From positions 1,472,001 through 1,536,000 of the forward strand of contig CAWIIB010000009.1 in the NCBI GenBank assembly GCA_963836075.1: DNA of 64,000 nucleotides. Reading direction: 5' to 3'. This DNA is from an uncultured Acidobacteriota bacterium (GTDB taxonomy: Bacteria; Acidobacteriota; JAQAZP01). A model generated the notes under the pieces. It did no database searches, was not told the origin of the DNA, and saw only the letters and a list, made by a program, of their open reading frames with translations. The stretch's first letter is position 1; each line of letters begins with the position of its first letter. This document shows, one piece after another, positions 1-9,409 of this stretch. A program made the position numbers and the translations under genes.

Positions 1-471
1 CCCCACGTCCGCGGCTGGAACTATGACAACTCGGCCATCGCCGCCATCCCCAGCGTCAGTTTCCTGGCCTACTCCACCAACCAGTGGGGGGTCAACGTGG
101 CCTGCGGCGACATCGACGGTGACGGCATCGACGAGATCGTCACCGGCGCCGGACCGGGAACCGTTTTCGGTCCCCACGTCCGCGGCTGGAACGTGGACGG
201 CGGCCAGGCCGTCCCCCTCAGCCAGGTCAGCTTCTTCGCCTTCGACACCACCAGGTGGGGGGTCAATGTGGCCTGCGGCGACTTTGACGGTGACGGCGTG
301 GACGAGATCGTGGCCGGCCCCGGGCCGGGATCCGAGTTCACCACCGATGTGCGGGCCTTCAACTGGGACGGCAGCGGTGCGGTGAGCCAGATGGAAAACG
401 CCAGCTTCCGGGCCTACGATCCCTCGGTGACCCACGGCGCGAAGGTGGGAGCGGTGCGGCTGGGAGACTGA
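1..471 (+). CDS. Secreted FG-GAP-like repeat protein, C-terminal part (5' end outside window)
   Basis: Frame 1 is open from base 1 (PHVRGWNYDNS...). It carries repeats of WGVNVACGDxDGDGxDEIV(T/A)GxGPG, the same module found at the C-terminus of 34669..37095. Stop TGA at 469-471. Confidence 0.8.
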   Translation, partial: PHVRGWNYDNSAIAAIPSVSFLAYSTNQWGVNVACGDIDGDGIDEIVTGAGPGTVFGPHVRGWNVDGGQAVPLSQVSFFAFDTTRWGVNVACGDFDGDGVDEIVAGPGPGSEFTTDVRAFNWDGSGAVSQMENASFRAYDPSVTHGAKVGAVRLGD

Positions 472-493
472 CCGGACGAGAAACGTATTCTTC

Positions 494-535
494 GGCGCCG
501 GGTGTTCGCCGCTTCAACAGGCGGGACCCGGCGTC
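494..535. terminator. GC-rich hairpin between convergent genes, possible terminator
   Basis: Inverted repeat GGCGCCGGGT...ACCCGGCGTC with an inner TTCGCC/GGCGGG stem, lying between two convergent stop codons. There is no clear U-tract. Confidence 0.4.
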
Positions 536-537
536 TT

Positions 538-2826
538 CTACTGTACATACCCCAGGGCGCGGAGCCGCTCCAGCTCCTGCTCGTCGAGCACCTCGGAGTT
601 CTGCGGAACGGAGTTCAGGAGGTCTGAGCCGGCTTCGGCAAACCAGGCCTCCATCCGCCCGCGCATCTCGGCTTCAACCTCGGGCACGGTTCCCATCAGG
701 TCCTTTCGCTCACCCGGGTCATCCTCGATATTGAACAGCTGTTCCGCCGGCGGCCCGTGACTCATCAGCCAGCGGCCCTGGGCTGTCTGCGGCACTTCCC
801 CGTCGAAGGCCTTGCGGTTGAAGTAGATATATTTCCAGGGCGGCCGGATGACGGAAAAGCGGAGCGGCGCGTGAGCCGAGGTGAACGAGAAGAGCGTGCG
901 GGCGTCATCAAACCGGCAAATGTTCCGGCCGTCACCGCGGTCCGGGTTGGCCGGCAGCCCGGCGATGGCGCTCAGAGTCGGGGCCACATCCACCAGCGAC
1001 ACCGGCGTGTGCACCACGCTGCCCGCTTCGGGGCCCGGCTCCGGCAGCCGGAGGATCAGCGGCACGTGCAGCACCTCCTGGTAGAGGGTACTGCCATGAC
1101 CCCAGTAGCCGTGATCGTGCAGTTCATCCCCGTGATCGGCGGTGACCAGCAGTGCAGTGCCCTCCAGCAGCCCTTCCCGGCGCAGGACGGCCAGCAGACG
1201 GCCCAGCTGGAAGTCGGTGTACTCGCTCCCCCGGTCATAGAGCCGGCCAACATGTTCCACCCCGGCGGGACCGGGCCGCTCCACCCCGCTTTGCAAAGAT
1301 CGGAGAAAGCCCTCCCCCCAGCCCGGCCTGATCCACGGATCGCTGGATGCCCGGATGTCAGGGGGTGGCCCGGGCCAGGGGGCGTTGTACGGGGCGTGGG
1401 GATCCATGTAGTGGATGTAGCAGAAGGTCTGCTCGCCGCGGTGTGCGCGGAGCCAGCGGAGAACTTTCCGGTTCAGGTCCCCGGCGGTGGGGGGACCGTC
1501 CAGGTGCGGGGCCACATACCAGGTGTGGAAGCCCCGGGGGAAGCCCTTGTTACTGGTGAGCAGGCAGTTGGCCGAGAAGCCGCCGGTGGTGTATCCGGCG
1601 TCGGAGAACCGTTGGGCCAGGGTGGTGTGATCGGTCAACCGGCCGCCGTGGCCCCGGGCCAGCTGTTCCGGGCCGGGGTGGCGGCCGGTGAAGGTGGAGG
1701 CCACCGAGGGGATGGTCCAGGAGCAGGGGGCGGTGGTGGCGCTGAACAGCATCCCCTCCCCGGCCAGCCGGGCCAGGTGCGGGGAGGTCCGGCGGTGGTG
1801 GCCGTAGAGCGAGAGCCGGTCGGCCCGCTGGGCATCCAGCACCACCAGCAGCACCGACGGGCGGGGAGGACCGTCTCCCCCCCGGACCTCCGGCGTGCCG
1901 ATGAGCCGTATCGCCCCGGGACTGCTGTCCCGGATGCTGAAGCGGAGGGAGACCTCCTGGCCAGACCAGGAGGAGAGGTCCACCTGCACTTCCTGCCACC
2001 CGCTGCCGGGGAGGGGAAGGGAGTGCTGGGACAGCTCCGCCAACAGCGTTTCTCCCCGGAACAGCTCCACGGTCAGTTCCGCCGGGCTCCGGCCGCGCAG
2101 GGTTCCCAGGGCAAAGCTCAATTGTGCCTGCTGTTCGGGCAGGCAGAGGGTGACCGTGCGGTCAGCCGTACCGGCCAGACGCCAGCAGCGCCGGTACTGG
2201 TGCTCCAGGCCGATCCTCGACCGGGAGAGCACGTGCCGGGCAAGGAATTCGTCCTGCCGGGGGATGATGGCCAGTCTTTTGAGCACCGACGACCTTCTGC
2301 CGGTGCCGGGGTAGAGCCGCAGGGCCTCGATCGGTTTTGCCAGGGCCTCCGGCGCGGGGAGCCTGAAAGCCATGATCTGCTGTCCCCTGTCCGGATCGCT
2401 CTCCACCCTGATCCGGTTTGACGGCCGGTATCCGGGCGGGTCAGCGCTGGTATAGAGCATGATCGCCGGCTGCCCCTGATCCGGGTCCAGCACCGCCAAT
2501 AGCTGCTGGTAGTGGAGCAGGTCCACGGTGACCTGTTTCTCCACCCATGGTGGTGAGCCGTCCGCAGATTCCAGCCGGAGTCCCCCCGACCGCAGTTCGA
2601 CCTTCACCCCCTCGGGGCCGGCGGTCCAGCCCTCGGGCAGGCCCCGGTCAAAGTTCCAGACCATGCGGGGAGCGCGGGTTCCGACGAAATCCATTGCCAG
2701 GTCGGGCGGCAGGAGATCGAGCAGGTCGATCACCCGGAAATCGTCCGGTGTGGCCGGGGGGCCGCAGCCGACCGCGGTCAGGATCAGCACCAGGGTCAGT
2801 GCAATGGAAATCGTTGACGTCTGCAT
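538..2826 (-). CDS. Sulfatase-like hydrolase/transferase (alkaline phosphatase superfamily), probable lipoprotein
   Basis: Motifs LVVLDAQRAD, SWTIPSVASTFTG, HYMDPHAPY, TADHGD, GHGSTLYQEVLHVPL and C-terminal LRALGY. N-terminal signal peptide with lipobox-like AVGC. Confidence 0.85.
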   Translation of the reverse strand: MQTSTISIALTLVLILTAVGCGPPATPDDFRVIDLLDLLPPDLAMDFVGTRAPRMVWNFDRGLPEGWTAGPEGVKVELRSGGLRLESADGSPPWVEKQVTVDLLHYQQLLAVLDPDQGQPAIMLYTSADPPGYRPSNRIRVESDPDRGQQIMAFRLPAPEALAKPIEALRLYPGTGRRSSVLKRLAIIPRQDEFLARHVLSRSRIGLEHQYRRCWRLAGTADRTVTLCLPEQQAQLSFALGTLRGRSPAELTVELFRGETLLAELSQHSLPLPGSGWQEVQVDLSSWSGQEVSLRFSIRDSSPGAIRLIGTPEVRGGDGPPRPSVLLVVLDAQRADRLSLYGHHRRTSPHLARLAGEGMLFSATTAPCSWTIPSVASTFTGRHPGPEQLARGHGGRLTDHTTLAQRFSDAGYTTGGFSANCLLTSNKGFPRGFHTWYVAPHLDGPPTAGDLNRKVLRWLRAHRGEQTFCYIHYMDPHAPYNAPWPGPPPDIRASSDPWIRPGWGEGFLRSLQSGVERPGPAGVEHVGRLYDRGSEYTDFQLGRLLAVLRREGLLEGTALLVTADHGDELHDHGYWGHGSTLYQEVLHVPLILRLPEPGPEAGSVVHTPVSLVDVAPTLSAIAGLPANPDRGDGRNICRFDDARTLFSFTSAHAPLRFSVIRPPWKYIYFNRKAFDGEVPQTAQGRWLMSHGPPAEQLFNIEDDPGERKDLMGTVPEVEAEMRGRMEAWFAEAGSDLLNSVPQNSEVLDEQELERLRALGYVQ

Positions 2827-2838
2827 GAGGTATCGATG

Positions 2839-5214
2839 CTACTGGATATAGCCCAGCGCTTCCAGGGCTTCCCGCTCCCGCCGGTCCAGGGCCTCGCTGG
2901 CGGGACCGGCTTCCGTCTGGTCGAGAACGGTATTCACCATGTTCTTCAACTCCCCGACCTTGTCCGGCCGGTCCCCGGCCAGGTCCGAGGTTTCACCCGG
3001 ATCCACCGACAGGTCGAAGAGTTCGTCTTCACCGGTCAGCCTGTTGTGAATCAGCTTCCACCGGCCGTAATGGATCCCCGACAGGTTGCTGTTGAACGGT
3101 GGGTTGACCCAGGATCGCTTGCGGGTCTCGAAGAACCTGGGCTGACCGGTCTCACCCGCACCCTGTGGCTCTGCCCCGGCGTCCCCGAGCAGCAGGGGCA
3201 GGCGGCTCCGGCCCCGGAACAGTTCGGGGAGCGGGATGTCCATGAAATCGAACAGCGTGGGAACAATGTCGAGCAACTCGATCGGCCGGGCCACCTGCTG
3301 CGGCTGCTCGATCCCGCAGCCGGGAGGGAAGAGGATCAGCGCCGGTACGTGGACCAGTTCCCGGTAGAGCGACTGGCCGTGGTTGACCAGGCCGTGCTCG
3401 AAGAACTCCTCGCCGTGGTCGGCGATGACGACGACGATGGTGTTGGAGAGGATCCCCCGCTGGTCGAGAGATGCCAGCAGCCGGGCCAGTTGCCGGTCCC
3501 AGTAGCCGATGCCCTCGTCGTACTGCCCGGCCATGGTGCTCCGGTCATGCCGGTCAAGGGAGCACTGGCCGTGTTCCACGAACTCCCTGACAACGGGAAG
3601 CAGTCCGCCGTCCCAGGCCTGCCCCTTCAGCCGGCCGCTGCCAAACACCTCCGGTGCCGTCGATTCGGGTGAGCCGTACGGTGCGTGGATGTCCATGTAG
3701 TGCAGCCAGGCGAAGAACCGGGTTCTGTCCAGGGTCGGCAGATACTTGAGCAGCCGCCGGTTGATTTGCGGGGCGTCCTCGAAGACCAGGCTGTTGTCGA
3801 AACGGTGAAACCCCCGCGAGAACCCGGCTTCGGGGCGCATCAACGGGTTGGAGACGATGGCCACGGTCTGGAACCCGTTTGCGGAAAAAATTTCGCCGAT
3901 GGTCGGGGCCCCGGCGGGCAGCCTCCCGGCCTGCGCCTCCTGGCTGATCCCGCTGTAGTAGTTGCCGCAAAACATGGAGCACATCGAGGGGTAGGTTTCC
4001 GGGGCCTGGGCGGCTGCATCGCAAAAGGTGACGGCCTGCCGTGAGAGGCGGTCGAGGTGCGGGGTGAGCCGTTGACCGGCCCCCCCCGGTCCGGTGCGGT
4101 CGGCACGGAGGGTATCGGCCAGGACAATGATGACATTGTACGGCCGGTGGTCAGGCCCTGCTCCCGCGGGCCAGGTGAGGACCAGCGGGCCCCAGGCGTG
4201 CAGCGGCGGGTGTGAGGCGCTTTTTCCCTCCTCTTCCGCGGTGAGCTCCAGCCGGATCTTCCTGCCGGCCAGTTCTGCCAGCGGGAGCTGCCGGTTGACC
4301 CACCGGATGCCTGCGGCCTGGTTTGTCCTCTGCTCCTTCGAACAGACCAGGGTGGACTCTTTTCCGGCTGTCGTGTCCGGGGCCCCGTTGTCTGCGGGGA
4401 GCGGTCGGGCGGTGACCCGGCAGATCACCGGCCCGGCCGCTGCGGGTGAGAAGTGCGGCAGCTGGGCCACGGAATAGTGCAGCACAGTCCCCTCCGGGAG
4501 GGCCGCCGCAAGCTCGATGGTCACCGGGCCCGTTGAGACGATGGCCTGATGCTGGATCCTCTCCAGCAGCAGTCCGGCCCGTGTCCGGGGCAGGGTCAGT
4601 TCGATTTCGGAGAGGGCCAGGCGGCCCGATTCCTCCGGCACCAGCACTCCCTCCTGCCGTTTTCTCACGCTGAGCAGTATCTCGTTCTCCCCCTGGTGGA
4701 ACCGGGAGGCCGGGATGATCAGGTTGAAGGGGAACCAGCCGGGGTCCATGGGGCGGGCGAGCAGGCGCTGACCATTGAGGCTGACCACGACCCGCGGTCG
4801 GTCGTCACCGCGATCGGCACGGTCCCCGTGGAAGACCTGGACGTCCAGGCAAACCTTCACCTTGCCCCCCTCCCCCGGCCAGAAGGGCAGGTGGATGCCG
4901 GCCTCGGGGCCGGTGGAGAGCACGCAGGGCTGCCCGTCCCGCTGATGATCTCCGGCGGCCCAGCCCTGGGAAAGGATGGGGCTTCCCGCCCGGGCGGGGA
5001 TGTTGATCGGTACGGGTGACTCCGACGATCCCGCCCAGTGGAAATCAGGGGCCAGCAGGTCCAGAGCGTTCGGACCCAGGTTCCCCTGGAGGAGTTCCCC
5101 GCCCCGGTCGCTGCGGCACGAAAAGCAGAGGAGCAGGGCCAGGATCAGGGCGGCCGGGGAGATGGCCAGACAGAACAGCTGGTTTCTTGATACTGTGATC
5201 TTCAGCGTTCTCAT
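2839..5214 (-). CDS. Sulfatase-like hydrolase/transferase with N-terminal extracellular domains
   Basis: Motifs IIVLADTLRAD, ETYPSMCSMFCG, HYMDIHAPY, IADHGEEF, HGQSLYRELVHVP and C-terminal LEALGY. Hydrophobic N-terminus ending CFSC. Confidence 0.85.
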   Translation of the reverse strand: MRTLKITVSRNQLFCLAISPAALILALLLCFSCRSDRGGELLQGNLGPNALDLLAPDFHWAGSSESPVPINIPARAGSPILSQGWAAGDHQRDGQPCVLSTGPEAGIHLPFWPGEGGKVKVCLDVQVFHGDRADRGDDRPRVVVSLNGQRLLARPMDPGWFPFNLIIPASRFHQGENEILLSVRKRQEGVLVPEESGRLALSEIELTLPRTRAGLLLERIQHQAIVSTGPVTIELAAALPEGTVLHYSVAQLPHFSPAAAGPVICRVTARPLPADNGAPDTTAGKESTLVCSKEQRTNQAAGIRWVNRQLPLAELAGRKIRLELTAEEEGKSASHPPLHAWGPLVLTWPAGAGPDHRPYNVIIVLADTLRADRTGPGGAGQRLTPHLDRLSRQAVTFCDAAAQAPETYPSMCSMFCGNYYSGISQEAQAGRLPAGAPTIGEIFSANGFQTVAIVSNPLMRPEAGFSRGFHRFDNSLVFEDAPQINRRLLKYLPTLDRTRFFAWLHYMDIHAPYGSPESTAPEVFGSGRLKGQAWDGGLLPVVREFVEHGQCSLDRHDRSTMAGQYDEGIGYWDRQLARLLASLDQRGILSNTIVVVIADHGEEFFEHGLVNHGQSLYRELVHVPALILFPPGCGIEQPQQVARPIELLDIVPTLFDFMDIPLPELFRGRSRLPLLLGDAGAEPQGAGETGQPRFFETRKRSWVNPPFNSNLSGIHYGRWKLIHNRLTGEDELFDLSVDPGETSDLAGDRPDKVGELKNMVNTVLDQTEAGPASEALDRREREALEALGYIQ

Positions 5215-5268
5215 AAGGGAGAGGATACGTCCATCCGTGGGGACAATTCCAGTACCCTGGATCCAGTT

Positions 5269-5296
5269 TTGCTCCCCCCGGGCCCTGTGCTATGAT
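5269..5296 (+). promoter_or_regulatory. Putative sigma70 promoter for the MMPL gene
   Basis: TTGCTC-16 bp-TATGAT with an extended -10 TG. Confidence 0.4.
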
Positions 5297-5382
5297 TCGC
5301 GCGCCCTGAATGCCCCGTCATCAGGGCCATGGGGGCTTTTTTTCCGTTATCCGGGCGGCGGCAGACAAGGTTTCAGAGGCAG

Positions 5383-7914
5383 ATGATCTCCCGATTCCTC
5401 CAACTCTGGGCCAAGGTGGTCTATCGGTACTACCTGGTGGTCCTGTCCCTGGCCCTGATACTCACCCTGGCCTGTTTTTCCTTCCTCAGCCGCATCGAGT
5501 TCCGCACCGACGTGATGGCCCTGCTGCCCCACGATCTGCCGGCAGTGCGGTATCTTCTGGAAGCGCGGGACGATTTTGGCGCCGACCTGGTGCTGATGGT
5601 GGTCACCAGGACCGACGGCGGCCAGGTGATCGACTCCACCGACGTGGTGGAGGACCTGGCCGAGCTGATCGGGGAGAGCGAACTGGTGGCCGGGGTTGAC
5701 TACAACCTCCTGGCCGACCTGCCCTACGACGCTATCCTGCGCCACCTGCCGGTGCTGATGGAACCGGGCTCTCTTCCCCGGCTGGCCGAGCGGCTCACAG
5801 ACCATGCCATTGCCGACCAGGTGGCCAAGGACCGGCTGGCCCTGATCTCCATTCCGGCGCCGATGGTCCAGGAACTGATCCGGCGTGACCCGCTGGACCT
5901 GTTCGGCCTGATCCGGGGCAGGTTCACCAGCTGGGGCGGCAGCGAGAAGCTGGCCACCACCGACGGCTACTTCATCAATGGCGACGGCGACTGCCTGCTG
6001 GCCCTGATCCGGCCCACCCAGAGCAGCGACGACGTGGACTACGACGAGGCGCTGATGGCGATGCTCAACAGCAGCCGTGATGAACTGCTGGCCGAGTATG
6101 TGGAGCAGGACGAGCTGGAGCCGGGACTGCTGCAGGTGGCGTTCACCGGCCCGCATATCATCGCCGCCATCGAGGCGAACCTGATTCGCCGGGAGATGCT
6201 CCAGGCGGTGCTGCTCTCCCTGCTGGGTGTGCTGGTCCTCTTTGCCGTGGCCTTCAAGCGGGTGGGTTCCTTCCTCTACATCGGGTTGCCGCTGGTGGCT
6301 GCCGGCTCCTGGACCATGGGCTTCTGCTACCTCTACACCGGTTCCATCACCCTGCTGGGCGGGGCGGTGCTGGCGATCATGATCGGGCTGGGCGTCGACT
6401 TTGCGATCCACATCTTCAGCCGTTTTCTCGACTACCGGGGCGACGGCAAGAGCCCGCTGGAGTCGCTTTCCATCGCCATGGGCGAAACCGGGCGCAGCGT
6501 TTTCACCGGGGCGGTGACCACGGCAATGGCCTTCTACGCCATGTCGCTCTACGACTTCAAGGGCATTCGCGAGTTCGGGGTGATCACCGGCACCGGCGTG
6601 CTGCTCTGCATGATCTCCATGTTCACCGTGCTGCCGGCGATGCTCACCTTCCGGGCCAAGATCGTCAAGCGCTACCACCACAAGAAGCTGTTCACCTTCG
6701 GCACCGAGCAGCTGGCCCGCACGGTGCAGCAGCACTACCGCCTGGTGCTGGTCCTCTTTGCCCTGCTGACCCTCTTTCTCGGCTGGCAGGCGCTGCACCT
6801 GGACGTGGAGGAAGGCTTTGCCGCCACGCGGGCGGAGATCAACCCGGCCTACCGGCTGATGGGCGAGGTACAGCAGTCTTTCGGCATCAACTTCCAGCCG
6901 ATCATCCTCACCCTGGAGGGGCAGGACCTGGCCCGGGTGGAGGAGATGGCTGCCGCGGCCGACCGGCAACTGGGTCCGCTGGTCCAGCGGGGGTTGCTGC
7001 GCTCCTTCGACTCGATCTTCAACTATCTGCCCACCCGCTCCCAGCAGGAAGTCAATGTGGCGGGGACGCTGGAGATGTGCTCGTACCTCGATCCGGAGAG
7101 GGTGGAACGGGTGTTCCTGGAGGAACTGGAGGCCGGCGATTTCGATACCGGGATGTTCAGCCACTATGCGGCCACGGTCCGCTCGGCCCTGGAGGACCCG
7201 CGGGTGCTGACGGTGAACCACGTCCTGCGCACCGAGTCGCTCTACCGCTACTTCTTCCGTTACATGGCCTTCAAGGGCGACGGCTCGATCCGGCTGGCCT
7301 ACTACCTCTACCCGGCCCGCCGGCCGGCCGGCGAGGAACTGCTGGGCGAGCTGGAGCAGATGACCGCCGCTCTATCCGGCCTGGGCGGCGGGGCCCACGT
7401 CTCGGGGATTCCCATCCTGACCGACGAGTTGAAACGGCTGACCCGCCACGGCTACAAGGTTGTGTCACTGCTGGCCCTGGGCCTGGTAGTCCTGGTGCTC
7501 AGCATCCATTTCCGCAAGCCGGGCCGGGTGGCCCTGGTGCTGGCGCCGCTGGTGCTGGCCGTGATCTGGCTCACCGGGATCATGGCCCTCTTCGACGTGC
7601 GGTTGAACATCATGAACGTGGCGGTGACACCGATGATCCTCGGCATCGGCATCGACTACGCCGTCTACACCATGCACCTCTATTTCCAGAGCAAGGGCAC
7701 CAGCCTGCCCCTGGTGTTGCGCACCAGCGGCAAGGCGCTGGTGCTGAGCACCATCACCACCACCGTCGGGTTCGGCTCGCTGGTCATCGCCCGCCACCCC
7801 GGCCTCTCCACCATGGGCCTGCTGGCCACCATCGGCGTCTCGCTCTGCCTGCTGGCCACCATCTGCTTCCTGCCGGCGGCGATCACCCTCCGCGAGCGGA
7901 TTCTTGATCGATGA
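5383..7914 (+). CDS. MMPL/RND family lipid transporter (HpnN-like)
   Basis: Two repeats of a periplasmic loop plus about 5 TM helices, with motifs IGLGVDFAIH and LGIGIDYAVY. ATG at 5383 is preferred over the ORF-track start at 5329. Confidence 0.85.
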   Translation: MISRFLQLWAKVVYRYYLVVLSLALILTLACFSFLSRIEFRTDVMALLPHDLPAVRYLLEARDDFGADLVLMVVTRTDGGQVIDSTDVVEDLAELIGESELVAGVDYNLLADLPYDAILRHLPVLMEPGSLPRLAERLTDHAIADQVAKDRLALISIPAPMVQELIRRDPLDLFGLIRGRFTSWGGSEKLATTDGYFINGDGDCLLALIRPTQSSDDVDYDEALMAMLNSSRDELLAEYVEQDELEPGLLQVAFTGPHIIAAIEANLIRREMLQAVLLSLLGVLVLFAVAFKRVGSFLYIGLPLVAAGSWTMGFCYLYTGSITLLGGAVLAIMIGLGVDFAIHIFSRFLDYRGDGKSPLESLSIAMGETGRSVFTGAVTTAMAFYAMSLYDFKGIREFGVITGTGVLLCMISMFTVLPAMLTFRAKIVKRYHHKKLFTFGTEQLARTVQQHYRLVLVLFALLTLFLGWQALHLDVEEGFAATRAEINPAYRLMGEVQQSFGINFQPIILTLEGQDLARVEEMAAAADRQLGPLVQRGLLRSFDSIFNYLPTRSQQEVNVAGTLEMCSYLDPERVERVFLEELEAGDFDTGMFSHYAATVRSALEDPRVLTVNHVLRTESLYRYFFRYMAFKGDGSIRLAYYLYPARRPAGEELLGELEQMTAALSGLGGGAHVSGIPILTDELKRLTRHGYKVVSLLALGLVVLVLSIHFRKPGRVALVLAPLVLAVIWLTGIMALFDVRLNIMNVAVTPMILGIGIDYAVYTMHLYFQSKGTSLPLVLRTSGKALVLSTITTTVGFGSLVIARHPGLSTMGLLATIGVSLCLLATICFLPAAITLRERILDR

Positions 7915-8059
7915 CCGTTCATTTGCTACTCTCCAACCAGTTTTTTTGTGAATCGGCATAAACCTCGAATGGTTGCCGGCGTATCATATTGAGAGAAGAG
8001 CACCTATTCAGTCCGGAACAGGCCATACATCGCACCACACCCAGGGAGCTGGAATACCA

Positions 8060-9382
8060 GTGATCATCAAAAATAGCTACCGAAGCGGACGATCCGCGGC
8101 CGCCGTGCCGCTGGTCCTCCTCCTCGCCCTCCTGCCCTTCTGTGCCGGGTGCGGTCCCGGCGGTGTGAGCGAGGTCCCCACCCACTCCGTGGCCCGGGGC
8201 GAATTCCGGATCAGCGTTGTGGAGAGCGGGGAACTGAAGGCCCAGAACTCCATCGTCCTCTCCGCGCCGCGGACCCGCTTCGGCACGGTGCAGATCGTCG
8301 ACCTGGTGGAGGAGGGGAGCCAGGTGGCCGAAGGTGATTTCGTGATCCAGTTCGACACCACCGAACCGCAGAAACGGATCGATGACAAGCAGGCCGAGCT
8401 GGAGATCTCCCTTGCCGACCAGCGCAAGATGAAAACAGACCAGGATTCCCGGATGAAGGACCTGGGCCACGCGCTGGTCAACCAGGAGGCCTCGCTGGAG
8501 CTCCAGGAGCTGCGCCAGGAGCGGATGCGCTTCGAGGCCGAATCCTCCCGCCGGGAAGTGGAGCTGGAGGTGACCCGGGCCCGGCTGGCCGTGGAGCAGG
8601 CGCGGGAAAAGATCGAGACCCAGGGGATCATCGACACCGAGGAGCGGCGCAAACTGGAGTTGAAGCTGCAGCAGGTGCGCAACGAACTGAACGCGGCGCT
8701 GAAGGACATGGGCAAGCTGACCCTGACGGCGCCGGCCCCGGGGCTGGTGGTCTACCGTGAGAACTGGTCCACCGACACCAAGGTCCAGGTGGGGGACAAC
8801 CCCTGGCCCGGTATGCCGCTGGTCGAGCTGCCCGACCTCTCGCGGATCGTCGCCGCGACCCAGATCAACGAGGTGGACGTGAGCAAGGTGGCCGAGGATC
8901 TGGACGTGATCGTCACCCTCGATGCCTTCCCCGAGAAATCGTTCACCGGCAAGATCTCCGACATCGCTACCCTGGCCACCGAGAAGGAGCGGCGCTCCTC
9001 AGTGAAGGTCTTCACTGTTGAGGCGGTGCTCGACCAGTCGGACCCGATCATGAAGCCGGGGATGACGGTCAAGGTGGAGGTGGTGGTGGAACGGATTCCC
9101 GACGTGATCTACGTGCCGCTGGAGTCGGTGTTCGAACGGGGTGACGGGATGATCTGCTACGTGCGCGCCAACGGGTCGTTCGAAGAGCGCCAGGTGACCC
9201 TGGGCAAGCGCAACGACAACTTCGTCGTGGTGGAGCAGGGTCTGGAGGAGAGCGAGCGGGTGGCGCTGCGTGACCCCAACCTGGCCCTGGAAGCCATCGG
9301 GCTGCCTGACGACTCTGACACCGAGGAGGACGCACCCGCGCCCGCCGCGGCGCCCGAGGGCCGAGTGATGATCGTGGGCTGA
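8060..9382 (+). CDS. Efflux periplasmic adaptor (MacA/HlyD family)
   Basis: Lipoyl-hybrid motifs (VEEGSQVAEGD, LTAPAPGLV), a long coiled coil and MKPGMTV. GTG at 8060 follows AGGGAG; the ORF is open from 7973. Confidence 0.85.
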   Translation: MIIKNSYRSGRSAAAVPLVLLLALLPFCAGCGPGGVSEVPTHSVARGEFRISVVESGELKAQNSIVLSAPRTRFGTVQIVDLVEEGSQVAEGDFVIQFDTTEPQKRIDDKQAELEISLADQRKMKTDQDSRMKDLGHALVNQEASLELQELRQERMRFEAESSRREVELEVTRARLAVEQAREKIETQGIIDTEERRKLELKLQQVRNELNAALKDMGKLTLTAPAPGLVVYRENWSTDTKVQVGDNPWPGMPLVELPDLSRIVAATQINEVDVSKVAEDLDVIVTLDAFPEKSFTGKISDIATLATEKERRSSVKVFTVEAVLDQSDPIMKPGMTVKVEVVVERIPDVIYVPLESVFERGDGMICYVRANGSFEERQVTLGKRNDNFVVVEQGLEESERVALRDPNLALEAIGLPDDSDTEEDAPAPAAAPEGRVMIVG

Positions 9383-9409
9383 CCTGGTTGCTCACCCGGG
9401 ACGTGAACC

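Noticed and set aside
5303-5350. Fluoride riboswitch (CTGATGAC on the minus strand)
   Set aside because: The 5' GGnGAUG...stem consensus is absent.
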